Source: Nitrospirota bacterium (lineage in GTDB: Bacteria; Nitrospirota; Thermodesulfovibrionia; Thermodesulfovibrionales; Dissulfurispiraceae). Taken from it: 64,000 nt of DNA. This document shows positions 41,891-52,227 of the stretch, piece by piece. Every line of letters starts with the position of its first letter. Positions within the stretch are counted from its first letter, which is position 1. Both the position numbers and the translations under genes were made by a program. The notes beneath the pieces were generated by a model. The model was not told where the DNA came from and did no database searches. It saw nothing but the letters and a program-made list of their open reading frames with translations. The DNA is taken from assembly GCA_963790025.1 (NCBI GenBank), contig CAWBMP010000004.1, positions 704,001 through 768,000 on the forward strand, read 5' to 3'.

Positions 41891-43441
41891 ATGAAGACCG
41901 ATGACCAACTGGAACATCTGAGAAAACTCAGGGAAAAAGCTTCTTTGGGCGGTGGTCAGAAAAGAATCGATAAACAGCATGAAAAAGGCGTTTTGACCGC
42001 CAGGGAGCGTATTGATTTGCTTTTAGACAAGGGCTCTTTCGAGGAATTCGATATGTTCAAGACCCATAGATGCAGGGATTTCGGCATGGATAAGCAGGTC
42101 TTCCTGGGAGACGGTGTAGTAACCGGGCATGGCACTGTGGATGGCCGTATTGTCTATGTTTTTGCCCAGGATTTTACCGTATTCGGTGGCTCCCTGTCAG
42201 AAACCTTTGCGGAAAAAATCTGTAAGATAATGGATCTTGCCATGAAAAACGGCGCTCCTGTGGTCGGATTGAATGATTCCGGCGGGGCGCGTATTCAGGA
42301 AGGAATTGAGAGTCTCGCGGGCTATTCGGCTATATTTCAACGCAATGTCATGGCCTCGGGGGTAGTTCCCCAGATCTCGGCGATTTTTGGTCCCTGTGCC
42401 GGTGGAGCGGTATATTCGCCGGCCCTCACCGATTTTGTAATCATGGTCCAGAATAAATCGTATATGTTTCTCACCGGCCCGAAAGTCGTCAAATCACTGA
42501 CCCATGAAGATGTCAGCGAAGAAACTTTAGGCGGGGCAGCGATGCATGCCAGTCGCAGCGGAGTTATTGATCATGCTGCTGGGTCAGATGCCGATGCTAT
42601 CGCCTATGTTCGCCGACTGCTTTCGTTTCTGCCCCAGAATAATATGGAAAATCCTCCCCTTGTGCCGTGCACCGATCCGCCTGATCGGGAGAGTGTCGCA
42701 CTCAACCAGATTGTTCCTGAAAATCGCAATGTTAGTTACAATATGAAAGATGTTATCATTCAAACAGTAGATAACAATGATTTTTTTGAGATTAAGGAGA
42801 ACTTCGCACCGAATCTCTTAGTCGGGTTCGCCAGGTATAACGGGATGAGTGTCGGGATAGTTGCCAACCAGCCGGGCTATCTCTCCGGTGTCCTCGATAT
42901 CGACTCCTCAATAAAGGGTGCTCGTTTTGTCAGGTTCTGCGATTGTTTCAATATTCCGGTTGTTACCTTTGTCGACGTTCCTGGCTTCTTGCCGGGAACC
43001 GCTCAGGAGTTTGGCGGAGTAATACGTAACGGTGCTAAAATTCTCTATGCCTTTGCCGAGGCTACTATTCCCAAGGTAACTGTCATTACAAGGAAAGCGT
43101 ATGGCGGAGCCTATTGCGTCATGTCCTCCAAACATTTACGCGGCGATATTAACTATGCCTGGCCCACCGCTGAAATTGCAGTCATGGGGGCAAGAGGTGC
43201 TGTTGGAGTTTTGTATGCCAAGGATGCCAAAAAAGCCCCGGATCCAAGCGCATTTTTGGCAGAAAAGGTTCAGGAGTACAAGGATGCTGTTGCCAATCCT
43301 TACGTAGCAGCCCAACGCGGTTACATCGATGATATTATCGAACCGTCGAAAACCAGGTCAAGAATAATCAAGTCACTGGGGCAGCTCCGGAATAAGCGCG
43401 ATACAAATCCTATGAAAAAGCACGGTAATATACCACTATAA
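41891..43441 (+). CDS. Methylmalonyl-CoA carboxyltransferase (transcarboxylase 12S / PccB-like)
   Basis: [31 protein letters not shown]; operon with 5S-like gene. Confidence 0.9.
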   Translation: MKTDDQLEHLRKLREKASLGGGQKRIDKQHEKGVLTARERIDLLLDKGSFEEFDMFKTHRCRDFGMDKQVFLGDGVVTGHGTVDGRIVYVFAQDFTVFGGSLSETFAEKICKIMDLAMKNGAPVVGLNDSGGARIQEGIESLAGYSAIFQRNVMASGVVPQISAIFGPCAGGAVYSPALTDFVIMVQNKSYMFLTGPKVVKSLTHEDVSEETLGGAAMHASRSGVIDHAAGSDADAIAYVRRLLSFLPQNNMENPPLVPCTDPPDRESVALNQIVPENRNVSYNMKDVIIQTVDNNDFFEIKENFAPNLLVGFARYNGMSVGIVANQPGYLSGVLDIDSSIKGARFVRFCDCFNIPVVTFVDVPGFLPGTAQEFGGVIRNGAKILYAFAEATIPKVTVITRKAYGGAYCVMSSKHLRGDINYAWPTAEIAVMGARGAVGVLYAKDAKKAPDPSAFLAEKVQEYKDAVANPYVAAQRGYIDDIIEPSKTRSRIIKSLGQLRNKRDTNPMKKHGNIPL

Positions 43442-43479
43442 CAGTCGCAAATACGTCTGAGTATTATAAGGAGATCCAC

Positions 43480-43764
43480 ATGACAGTGAAGATTTTTATT
43501 AAACGAAAGGTGCAGGATAATAATGTCGTTGAACTGACGCTCCTCCTTAATAAGTTGCGGGCTCTCGCTCTCATTCAACCCGGCTATCTCTCAGGAGAAA
43601 CCTTGAATAGAATAGACAAAAAAGATGAGTGCATGGTGATTGGTACCTGGCGTTCCTTGGAAGACTGGAATAGTTGGGTAAACAATCCGCAACGCGTCGA
43701 AGTTCAGGCGGAGATAGATAAACTGCTTGGCGAGGAAACAGAATACGCCGTGTACAGCTACTAA
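43480..43764 (+). CDS. Antibiotic biosynthesis monooxygenase (ABM) domain protein
   Basis: QPGYLSGETL, WRSLEDW. Confidence 0.82.
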   Translation: MTVKIFIKRKVQDNNVVELTLLLNKLRALALIQPGYLSGETLNRIDKKDECMVIGTWRSLEDWNSWVNNPQRVEVQAEIDKLLGEETEYAVYSY

Positions 43765-43829
43765 TGGTGGTCTTAAAGACAATGACTCGGGATTTTCATG
43801 CTGCCCACGGTGCTGTTTTTGGAGGTGAT

Positions 43830-44039
43830 ATGATGACAGGTCAAAAAAAGAAAATGGCCGCCGCCCTAGCTGCCGTGAGTCTCTATTTGCAAGAGGAGGA
43901 AGCTATGGTGGCGAAAGAGCAGCAAGCACCTCTCAAGAAACCTCAGAGTTTCGAGTTCAGCCAGTGGGGACAGAGTGGACGGCAGGAGATGATGGCCATG
44001 CGGAAATTAATCCAGCTGAGGGCGTTTACGCGCTTTTAA
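43830..44039 (+). CDS. Small carboxylase accessory (epsilon/linker-like) subunit
   Basis: AAALAAVSLYL...WGQSGR; RBS GGAGG; lies between carboxyltransferase genes. Confidence 0.65.
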   Translation: MMTGQKKKMAAALAAVSLYLQEEEAMVAKEQQAPLKKPQSFEFSQWGQSGRQEMMAMRKLIQLRAFTRF

Positions 44040-44081
44040 TAGCATCAATTGTTAATGATGAAGAAGGAGGATACACATACA

Positions 44082-46073
44082 ATGAGCGATCAAGCAATGA
44101 GCAATGAAGTGAAGATGACCCCGTTGAACTATTCCGCAGACCGGCCAAAGGCAAAGAATCCTCTTAAGATTATGGATCTGTCCCTGCGTGATGGCCATCA
44201 GTCCCTTTTCGCTACTCGTGGGCGTACAGAGGATATGATTCCGGTAGCTGAACTGATGGATGAGGTCGGGTTCTGGGCGATTGAAACTTGGGGTGGAGCC
44301 ACCTTCGATACAATGCACCGGTTTCTCAACGAAGATCCGTGGGAACGTTTACGCACCTTGAAACGCTATATTAAAAAGACCCCTTTCTCTATGCTGCTTC
44401 GGGCGCAAAACCTGGTCGGTTATCGAAATTACGCCGACGACCTGGCCTTTGCTTTTGTTGAACGCGCGGCGGAAAACGGTATGGATATTTTCAGGACTTT
44501 CGATGCCTTAAACGATTATCGCAACTTCGAGACAGTAGTCAAACAGATAAAAAAGAGTGGCAAACATTTTCAAGGCTGTATATGTTACACCCTCACCGAG
44601 CCACGGCTTGGCGGCGAAGTCTACAATCTTGAATATTATACTGATAGAGCAAAATCCCTTGAGTCGATGGGAGCGGATTCCATCTGTATCAAGGATATGG
44701 CTGGGCTATTGGCTCCCTATGATGCCTATCCACTCATTAAGGCCCTGAAAAAAGGGGTCAAAGTACCCATTCATCTGCACAGCCATTTTACCTCAGGCAT
44801 GTCGCCAATGTCGCACCTTAAGGCCATTGAAGCAGGAGTGGACATTATCGATACTTGCATGACGCCATATGCTTACCGGACTTCGCATGCTGCTGTTGAG
44901 CCTTTGGTTATGGCCCTTTTGGGGACAAATCGCGATACCGGCTTTGATATTAAAAAGTTAGCTAAGATCAATGAAATACTTGAAAAAGAGGTGATGCCGA
45001 AATATAAGCATCTCCTCGATGACTCGAAGGTTTCGATTATCGATATCAATGTCTTGCTGCATCAGACTCCGGGCGGGATGTTGTCGAACCTGGTCAATCA
45101 ATTACGGGAAATGGATGCCCTGGATAAAATTGATGAGGTGTACAAGGAACTGCCGCGTGTGCGCAAAGACCTCGGCCAAGTCCCCCTTGTTACCCCGACC
45201 AGCCAGATAGTTGGTGTGCAGACCGTCAACAATGTCCTGCATGACACTCCCGGCGAACGTTATAAGATGATCACCGGGCAGGTAAAGGACCTCTGCTTCG
45301 GCTTGTACGGCAAGACCGCTGTGCCTATTAATCCTGAAGTGCAAGAAAAGGCCCTGAAAGGCTACCCTCGCGGAGAAAAGCCGATCACCTGTCGTCCGGC
45401 AGAAGTTCTCGAGCCGGAACTGGCCAAGGCGAAAGCCGAGATTGGCGATTTGGCAGCAGATATCGATGACGTCATCACCTATGCTCTGTTTCCAGTCACC
45501 GGTAAGAAATTTCTTGAGTGGAAGTATGGCAAAGCAGAGGTTCCAGCCAGTGTGAAGCCGATCACCCTCGAGGATGTCAAGAAAAGAGATGAACTTGTGA
45601 AAAAGGCCGTGGCCGGTAAACTCGCTGAGGTGAAGCAGGTTGAAAAACCTCCGAAGTCACAGGCAGTCAGGACCTTCAACGTTTTTATTGATGAGGAATT
45701 TTTTGCAGTCGAGGTTGATCCTGTTGGCAACACTCATCTTGTGTCGGTTCCCCAACCAGTGGCCGCTGCTCCTGTGAAGGTCCCTGTACCCTTACCTGCT
45801 CCTGCACCTGCGCCGGCCCCGGCTCCTGCACGTGCCGCTCAACCTGCACACCATGGAGAGGGAACAGTCCTTCTTGCGCCTATGCCCGGGATGATCATCA
45901 AGTATATGGTAATAGCCGGAGATGCTGTAAAGAAAGGCGATACCATTGTTGTCCTTGAAGCAATGAAGATGGAAAACAACCTTACGGCACCCTGTGATGG
46001 GAAGGTCCAAGGTATCAAGTTTGCCAGTGGCGACACGGTCGAAAAAGGTGCCGTTCTCTGTGTAATCGTGTAA
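44082..46073 (+). CDS. Pyruvate/oxaloacetate carboxyltransferase fused to a biotin carrier (PycB/OadA/5S-1.3S)
   Basis: LRDGHQSL, IKDMAG, PGGMLSN, LVTPTSQ, PA-rich linker, EAMKM. Confidence 0.93.
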   Translation: MSDQAMSNEVKMTPLNYSADRPKAKNPLKIMDLSLRDGHQSLFATRGRTEDMIPVAELMDEVGFWAIETWGGATFDTMHRFLNEDPWERLRTLKRYIKKTPFSMLLRAQNLVGYRNYADDLAFAFVERAAENGMDIFRTFDALNDYRNFETVVKQIKKSGKHFQGCICYTLTEPRLGGEVYNLEYYTDRAKSLESMGADSICIKDMAGLLAPYDAYPLIKALKKGVKVPIHLHSHFTSGMSPMSHLKAIEAGVDIIDTCMTPYAYRTSHAAVEPLVMALLGTNRDTGFDIKKLAKINEILEKEVMPKYKHLLDDSKVSIIDINVLLHQTPGGMLSNLVNQLREMDALDKIDEVYKELPRVRKDLGQVPLVTPTSQIVGVQTVNNVLHDTPGERYKMITGQVKDLCFGLYGKTAVPINPEVQEKALKGYPRGEKPITCRPAEVLEPELAKAKAEIGDLAADIDDVITYALFPVTGKKFLEWKYGKAEVPASVKPITLEDVKKRDELVKKAVAGKLAEVKQVEKPPKSQAVRTFNVFIDEEFFAVEVDPVGNTHLVSVPQPVAAAPVKVPVPLPAPAPAPAPAPARAAQPAHHGEGTVLLAPMPGMIIKYMVIAGDAVKKGDTIVVLEAMKMENNLTAPCDGKVQGIKFASGDTVEKGAVLCVIV

Positions 46074-46087
46074 ATCTGTGAGGTTCA

Positions 46088-46597
46088 ATGCTGATAAAAG
46101 AGTTGAATGGACATACCCCGAAGTTCGGTAAAGATTGTTTTCTGGCCGAGAATGCCGTCATTGTTGGCGACGTGGTGATGGGAGATCAGTGCAGTATCTG
46201 GTACAATGCTGTGGTTCGGGGTGATGTTAATTTTATTCGGATGGGTAACAAAGTGAACATTCAGGATGGCGCTTCAGTGCATGGTACCTATCAGAAATGG
46301 CCGGCCACTATCGGTAATAACGTCTCCGTTGGACACAATGCCATCGTTCATGGATGCACTATTCACGATAATGTTCTTGTGGGAATGGGGGCGATTGTTA
46401 TGGATGGTTGCGTGGTTGAAAGCAATTCAATCATAGCTGCCGGCGCCGTAGTTACCGAAGGTACACGGGTAGAGGCGGGAACGATTTATGCCGGCGTGCC
46501 CGCGAGAAAGATAAAAGACATCAGTCAAGAACTGATTTCTGGTGAAATTGAAAGAATAGCGAACAACTATATTAAATACGCCGGCTGGTACAAATAG
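46088..46597 (+). CDS. Gamma-class carbonic anhydrase family protein
   Basis: Hexapeptide repeats; RGD, NIQD, three His positions. Confidence 0.92.
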   Translation: MLIKELNGHTPKFGKDCFLAENAVIVGDVVMGDQCSIWYNAVVRGDVNFIRMGNKVNIQDGASVHGTYQKWPATIGNNVSVGHNAIVHGCTIHDNVLVGMGAIVMDGCVVESNSIIAAGAVVTEGTRVEAGTIYAGVPARKIKDISQELISGEIERIANNYIKYAGWYK

Positions 46598-46785
46598 CAT
46601 TTTCTACCCTGCACCCTTCTTTTATTTGGAGATTCTTGACGAAAGCGGACACAGAGTCTCCTGATGCAAATCGGAGAAATAACGCCAGGTTATCACTTCT
46701 GTCGAAAAGTGGACTTCACCAAGCTTATCGGCACTTTCAGAAAATTGCAATTATTGAGGATTTCCAAAAGAACATATTACTGGGT

Positions 46786-46809
46786 GTAACTTGCAACGTT
46801 ACGCGTAAC
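46786..46809. promoter_or_regulatory. Palindromic autoregulatory operator of higBA
   Basis: GTAAC-N7-GTTAC overlapping GTTACGCGTAAC. Confidence 0.55.
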
Positions 46810-46827
46810 ATGTTATCTCAATAACGG

Positions 46828-47106
46828 GTGATACGGTCATTTAGACATAAGGGACTTGAGGTTTTTTTTCGCGATGGGGAAAAGAATGGGATTGACCCGA
46901 GCCACTCTGCAAGACTTGCGAGGATACTCGACCGTCTGGATGCTTCAATGTCTGCTCAGGACATGAACTTGCCAGGCTTGAAATTGCATGAGTTGAAAGG
47001 CCGGGAGAAAGGAGCTTGGTCAGTCACTGTGAGCGGCAACTGGATGGTGGTTTTTAGATTTGAAGGCAATGATGCGGTCCAAGTTGATTACCTGGATTAT
47101 CATTAG
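46828..47106 (+). CDS. higB: HigB-family toxin
   Basis: MIRSFRHKGL, LHELKG, VSGNW, DYLDYH. Confidence 0.93.
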   Translation: MIRSFRHKGLEVFFRDGEKNGIDPSHSARLARILDRLDASMSAQDMNLPGLKLHELKGREKGAWSVTVSGNWMVVFRFEGNDAVQVDYLDYH

Positions 47107-47121
47107 GGAAAAGAGTTTGAC

Positions 47122-47412
47122 ATGATTGGAAAAAGAAAACCGGTTCATCCCGGAGAAGTATTATTGGAAGATGTTATGAAACCGCTTGGTCTAACGGTTA
47201 CAGAGGCTGCCGCACGATTGGGTGTGACCAGAAAAACACTTTCGACCTTACTGAACGGGAAGGCATCGTTAAGCCCTGAAATGGCGATGAGAATAGCGAG
47301 TGCGACAAACACGTCACCTGAGAGCTGGCTATATATGCAGGCAAAATTGGATCTCTGGAACGTGGCAAGAAAGCCCCCGAGAGTGCGAGAGCTAAAGTCA
47401 GTAGCTGTATAA
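47122..47412 (+). CDS. higA: HigA-family antitoxin
   Basis: HPGEVL, HTH, LSPEMAMRI, ESWLYMQ. Confidence 0.94.
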   Translation: MIGKRKPVHPGEVLLEDVMKPLGLTVTEAAARLGVTRKTLSTLLNGKASLSPEMAMRIASATNTSPESWLYMQAKLDLWNVARKPPRVRELKSVAV

Positions 47413-47436
47413 ACGCCCAGGGAAGAACGCTTTGGA

Positions 47437-48379
47437 GAAACGGGGTCAGGTCTAGAATGTTTACCTTTTTGCATGCCCTCGAACAACCCGGCTTATATAT
47501 GTAAAATGCAAATTGAGATGATTTGCGATTGCCCGCTGAGTATATCCAAATTCGTAGACAGCAGTAATTATTTTGCTGTCCCTCTGACTTTTATCCATTA
47601 ATATGTTTTTGCTGAATATGCTATCCAACCCGGGTCTGTTGACATACCGTTGCGTTTTGGATATTTCGGCAATATTCTTATGTTTATTGAGATGATGATT
47701 CAGGCTATCAACGAATTCTTCTTTTCCGAGAACTACCTGGCCCTTAACAGCATTCCAAATACTTTCTTGTTCGATGCCTGATTTCACAAACTCACGGTAT
47801 TTTCTTTCTGCCTCACTCCTTTCCTCGCTGAATTGCCCTAGTATCCAGTCAGTGGTAAGACACGGATGAGGCGTTTTCTTTCCTGCGGTTTCCCCGTAGC
47901 TGGACCATTTCCAATCTTCAGGCTGTTCAACTATGTGCGCACGTACCGGATTCAGCACAACATATCGGCACACTTCAAGAAGATGACTGTCTTTCTGGAT
48001 CACAATAGCCTTATATCTACCTTGCAACAGATGACCTGATCGGTTGCGCTTTTTGTTGTAAGCCTGGCTGTAGACACTGTTTAATTGCCTCATCCCTATG
48101 GACAGATTTCCATCCGGCGTTTCAATCATCAAATGATAATGGTTATCCATCAGACAGTAGGCATGGCATAGCCAATTGTACCGTCTATTGATATCGACAA
48201 GAATCCCAAGGAATGTTTCACGGTCAGCGTCATCCCTGAAAATTGACTTCTTCTCGTTTCCACGAGAAGTAACATGATATACAGCGCCAGGATATTGTAT
48301 CCGCAACGGTCGAGCCATAACAGCCAATTTATCAGATTTATCATGAACATGTAAAACATTATAGACCTGACCCCATTTC
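47437..48379. mobile_element. RAYT unit bounded by 28-29-bp inverted repeats
   Basis: GAAACGGGGTCAGGTCTAGAATGTTTAC (47437-47464) vs reverse complement of 48351-48379 GAAATGGGGTCAGGTCTATAATGTTTTAC. Confidence 0.8.
47461..48318 (-). CDS. REP-associated tyrosine (Y1 HUH) transposase with C-terminal HTH
   Basis: MARPLR..YHVTSRGN, LMDNHYH (HUH), YVVLNPVRA, WSSY. Confidence 0.92.
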   Translation of the reverse strand: MARPLRIQYPGAVYHVTSRGNEKKSIFRDDADRETFLGILVDINRRYNWLCHAYCLMDNHYHLMIETPDGNLSIGMRQLNSVYSQAYNKKRNRSGHLLQGRYKAIVIQKDSHLLEVCRYVVLNPVRAHIVEQPEDWKWSSYGETAGKKTPHPCLTTDWILGQFSEERSEAERKYREFVKSGIEQESIWNAVKGQVVLGKEEFVDSLNHHLNKHKNIAEISKTQRYVNRPGLDSIFSKNILMDKSQRDSKIITAVYEFGYTQRAIANHLNLHFTYISRVVRGHAKR

Positions 48380-48413
48380 CTTTCGGGCAAGTTGCGATTT
48401 CCCTCGTTTGTAG

Positions 48414-48427
48414 TGTATTGTAATACA
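48414..48427. promoter_or_regulatory. Palindromic operator upstream of RHH antitoxin
   Basis: TGTATT-GT-AATACA directly before the RBS. Confidence 0.5.
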
Positions 48428-48438
48428 GGAGGTGCATT

Positions 48439-48657
48439 ATGAGAACAGTATTATCGATTAGCCTTCCGGAAAACATGTCAGAGGAACTTGAAATGGTTGC
48501 AAAGAGTACCGGCCGTAACAAGAGCGACATTGTTAAAGAATCGCTTGGTCTATTCCTGTGGGAAATGAAACTCAAGGCGGTACAGAAGAAACTTGGCCCA
48601 AAGGCAAAAAAGCTTGGCATGGTCAGCGAAGATGATGTATTTAAGAAAATATCATGA
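48439..48657 (+). CDS. CopG/RHH antitoxin
   Basis: LSISLPE...KSDIVKESL; ATGA overlap with the PIN gene. Confidence 0.88.
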   Translation: MRTVLSISLPENMSEELEMVAKSTGRNKSDIVKESLGLFLWEMKLKAVQKKLGPKAKKLGMVSEDDVFKKIS

Positions 48658-49055
48658 TTGTCGTCTTTGATACCAACGTTCTGATTGCGGCAATTATCAC
48701 TGAAGGGCTTTGCTCGAAACTATTGCACAGGGCACGCGGCGGAGAGTTCTCCCTCATCCTATGCCCATTCATTCTGAAAGAACTTCGGAGTATTCTCTCA
48801 ACGAAATTTCGCCTCTCGCGGGAAGACGTGGCTTTAGCTATGGAACCTATAAACGAGGCGATCTATGAAGTTATTGAGCACGGCATCAATATCTCCGGAA
48901 TCTGTCGGGATGCTGATGATGACAACATTATTGCGTGTGCGGTGGCAGCAAAGGCTGATTATCTTGTGACCGGCGACTCTGATCTGCTGGAGATAAAAAG
49001 CTATCACGATATTAAGATTGTAACTCCAAGAGATTTCGAAGTCTTATTTGTGTGA
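48654..49055 (+). CDS. PIN-domain (VapC-like) toxin
   Basis: DTNVL, CRDADD, VTGDSDLL. Confidence 0.92.
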   Translation: MIVVFDTNVLIAAIITEGLCSKLLHRARGGEFSLILCPFILKELRSILSTKFRLSREDVALAMEPINEAIYEVIEHGINISGICRDADDDNIIACAVAAKADYLVTGDSDLLEIKSYHDIKIVTPRDFEVLFV

Positions 49056-49058
49056 AGG

Positions 49059-49829
49059 ATGATGAATAGTATTCAAAGGCAGGTTAACGTCTTCAGGCAA
49101 ACTCTGAAAGAACATGCTGACGCTGAAAGGGCAATACAAGAAAAGAAATACCTGAAAAGTCCTTTCAAGTTTTTCGGTACATCTCTGCTGCTTGCGGATA
49201 ATATTGCCAAAGGGTTCAGAAGATCAAATATGGATGCCGGACGGGACTACGTTTTTGCTCTGGCAGCGAAGCTCTGGAGTTCGGATTACCACGATGAAAA
49301 GAGACTCGGCCTCAGGATGCTGCAGTATTATCCGGAATATATCGAATTTGCTATAATGCCGATGCTCGAAAAAATGCTCATGCAGTCTTCGGGATGGGAC
49401 TTTGTAGATGATATATCGATCCACCTCGTCGGCACGGTGCTCGGGAAAGCCAAAAAAGCATATGTCTACCTGGAAAAGTGGAGCGAACTGGACAATTTCC
49501 GGATGAGGCGGGCATCTCTCGTTTCACAGATTCTCCTTTTCAGGAACGGCAATGGAGATAAAAAACTTTTCTTCAGTTTCGCAGAAAAAATGATTCAAGA
49601 AAAGGAATTCTTTATTAGGAAGGCTATAGGATGGTGTATCAGGGAAATCTCTAAGGCCGATCCCGATGAGGCCTTTGATTTCCTCGTGACAATAAAAGGC
49701 AGGGCATCAGGCCTCACACTCAGAGAAGGAGCGAAGAGACTCTCTGATAGCCAAAAAGGAGCAGTACTGGCTGATCGCAAATGTCAACATCTTCTCACAG
49801 CCAACAGTTTCAAAGTCCTGCAACTATAG
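49059..49829 (+). CDS. AlkD-like DNA alkylation repair protein
   Basis: WDFVD, EFFIRKAIGWCIRE, LTLREGAK. Confidence 0.88.
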   Translation: MMNSIQRQVNVFRQTLKEHADAERAIQEKKYLKSPFKFFGTSLLLADNIAKGFRRSNMDAGRDYVFALAAKLWSSDYHDEKRLGLRMLQYYPEYIEFAIMPMLEKMLMQSSGWDFVDDISIHLVGTVLGKAKKAYVYLEKWSELDNFRMRRASLVSQILLFRNGNGDKKLFFSFAEKMIQEKEFFIRKAIGWCIREISKADPDEAFDFLVTIKGRASGLTLREGAKRLSDSQKGAVLADRKCQHLLTANSFKVLQL

Positions 49830-49861
49830 CAAGGTTACAAATGGAAATCGTATTCATACTC

Positions 49862-50137
49862 CCTGTCAAACTCGAAGAACAGGGTAAGATCACCCATTAA
49901 AAGATGCAAGCGCTTATCTCCGGCATCGCTGCCGTTGTAGCCCACGCAAAGATAGTTAATCCCATAAGAAAGTTCTCGCTTTGCCGGGATCCGGAAGATA
50001 ACATGATTCTGGACTGCTGTTACGCTGCGAAGGCTAAGATATTGATTACGGGCGATAGGGACCTTATCGAGATTACCGGCTTGCCTTTTAGCATCAAGTT
50101 CATGACACCGCAAGCATTTGTGGAAGTTGAGGATTGA
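49862..50137 (+). pseudogene. Truncated PIN-domain toxin
   Basis: CRDPEDNMILDC...ITGDRDL; no N-terminal DTN; in-frame TAA at 49898-49900. Confidence 0.75.
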
Positions 50138-50353
50138 AAAGCGTGTACGGGTAATCAAGGACGGCCAAGTATCAGGACGCTTCGTTTGATAACTCATCGA
50201 TTTTTCTGTGTGAAGTGCTTCCTGAAGAACTCACTGGCTGACCCTACTACAGTCTTGATTAGTACAAATAGAAATCGAGTGGCTTGCCTACGTCAGCTTG
50301 TTAGCACTGGGTTGATTGGTGCATTTTGATGCAGATTGGTGTATAATAATTTT

Positions 50354-50611
50354 ATGGCTACAGTGAAAAAAGCAATTCGTCAAAGCGTTACCCTACCTTC
50401 TCAGGTTGCCAAGCAGGTGAAGGCATTGGCGAAGAATCGAAAAGTAAGCTCGAATAGGATACTGGTGGAACTTGTTGAAACCGGTCTGCGATCAAAAGAA
50501 GAGGAGAAACGCAGATTCTTCGAATTGGCGAATCGGTTAAGCACTGCAACAGACGCGAAAGAACAACAAGAATTGAAGGAACAACTCGCCAGAATGACTT
50601 TTGGAGACTGA
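50354..50611 (+). CDS. RHH-like putative antitoxin
   Basis: RQSVTLP...SSNRILVELVETGL; abuts next gene. Confidence 0.72.
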   Translation: MATVKKAIRQSVTLPSQVAKQVKALAKNRKVSSNRILVELVETGLRSKEEEKRRFFELANRLSTATDAKEQQELKEQLARMTFGD

Positions 50612-50854
50612 GTGCCTAAAATCCGATGGACCGACCTTCCTCCTGCTCTCCGTGATCATCTCTTTGAACGGCTTCGGGAACGTCAAATTACGGCTGAGGA
50701 TATTTATCAACTGAAACTATGGCGAGAATCTGACCCCGAAGCCCCGGATGGCGACTGGTATAAGGATTTTGGTTCATTCAAGATATGCGGCAGGGGTCAG
50801 CACCCAAAAACTTTTCTTCTTCGAGGTCAACCTGCCAAAGGCGAAAAATTATAA
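50612..50854 (+). CDS. 80-aa hypothetical protein, putative toxin
   Basis: Starts on the base after the RHH stop codon; no family recognised. Confidence 0.68.
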   Translation: MPKIRWTDLPPALRDHLFERLRERQITAEDIYQLKLWRESDPEAPDGDWYKDFGSFKICGRGQHPKTFLLRGQPAKGEKL

Positions 50855-51153
50855 ACGACAGCATCTGATCTGACAACGATCTGCACGCTAACTTCGGACT
50901 CTTATAAAGTTCTATTTTCCAGATGCACATTTAAACCCGTATTCCGCAGAATTTCCGCTCTCCTGATTTTGCGGATAAGTCGGGTGAAACCCTCACTATA
51001 AATCTCACCGTTTCCATCGATAATCTGCATCTCGTTGTCCGCAAGACGTGTGAGGGTTATTCAGGTCTAAAGAAAAATCCCCATGAAGGCCACTGCAGGT
51101 GTTCACTTTTTAAAAAAAGGTGAATTCTACTTTGTCGCAGCGGCAAGTACATT

Positions 51154-52143
51154 TTATTTGCCTTTTTTGTTATACAAAAAGGCGAGAAGGCTATCGGCGG
51201 CTGCAGTCGGCGAAGTCTTTTTTTCTTCCACGTTTCTTCTTAACGTTGGTAAGGCCTCGCGGACATGCGGGCTGGTGTAGAACCAGTGTCGTAATCCTTC
51301 GTCAATAAGAAAGGCCATCCAGTCGAGGGCTTGGGTTTTTCTTTTTTTCGCCATTTCGCCGCTGACGGTCAATTTGTCGCGATGGTCCAGGATAGTCTCC
51401 CAGATTTTGTCAATTCCTTTGCCTTCCATGGCGCTGCAGGTAAGAACCGGGGGACTCCAATTCGGACTGTTGGGCAAGAGCATGTGCAAAGCCGTCTGAT
51501 ACTCCTTCTGAGCTATCTCAGCCCGCAACAGATTGTCTCCGTCGGCTTTATTGATGACAATGGCGTCAGCCACTTCAAGCACGCCCTTTTTTATTCCTGT
51601 AAGTTCGTCTCCCGCTCCTGCAATCATCAGCACCAGGAAAAAATCGACCATGGAGGCTACGGAGGTCTCCGCTTGACCGATGCCAACCGTTTCGATTATC
51701 ACAACATCATAGCCGGCGGCTTCGCAGACGAGCATGGTTTCCCGGGTTTTTCTGCCGACACCGCCGAGAGTTCCACCTGACGGGGACGGGCGAATAAAGG
51801 CGTTTGGGTCAACCGCCAGTCGTTCCATGCGAGTTTTGTCACCCAGAATACTGCCGCCGCTGCGGCTGCTGCTTGGGTCGATGGCAAGGACGGCAACCCG
51901 GTGTCCAAGATCTGTGAGCATCGTCCCAAACCTTTCGATAAATGTACTCTTTCCAGCACCAGGAACGCCGGTGATGCCGACACGAATGCCGCGGCCGGTA
52001 TAAAGAAGGAGTCTGTCAACTATGGTTCGGGCAAGCTCTTGATGGGTCGGAAGAGTGCTTTCGACGAGGGTGATGGTTCTGGCGAGTGTCAGAGGATCAC
52101 GATTAAGAACTCCTGTCACATAGTGCTGGGGATCATTTAACAT
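51154..52143 (-). CDS. meaB: Methylmalonyl-CoA mutase GTPase chaperone
   Basis: GVPGAGKST, GGSILGDKTRM, ETVGIGQ, NKADG. Confidence 0.96.
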   Translation of the reverse strand: MLNDPQHYVTGVLNRDPLTLARTITLVESTLPTHQELARTIVDRLLLYTGRGIRVGITGVPGAGKSTFIERFGTMLTDLGHRVAVLAIDPSSSRSGGSILGDKTRMERLAVDPNAFIRPSPSGGTLGGVGRKTRETMLVCEAAGYDVVIIETVGIGQAETSVASMVDFFLVLMIAGAGDELTGIKKGVLEVADAIVINKADGDNLLRAEIAQKEYQTALHMLLPNSPNWSPPVLTCSAMEGKGIDKIWETILDHRDKLTVSGEMAKKRKTQALDWMAFLIDEGLRHWFYTSPHVREALPTLRRNVEEKKTSPTAAADSLLAFLYNKKGK

Positions 52144-52227
52144 TTAATATTTTAACATTGATCCCGGTTGGTAAGCCATTGTCTTCTAAATGGACTTCTC
52201 GCAAAAAAGCCATGAGAAGTACACATC

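Noticed and set aside
46600..51100. Complete integron or prophage
   Set aside because: No integrase, no convincing full attC hairpin, no phage genes.
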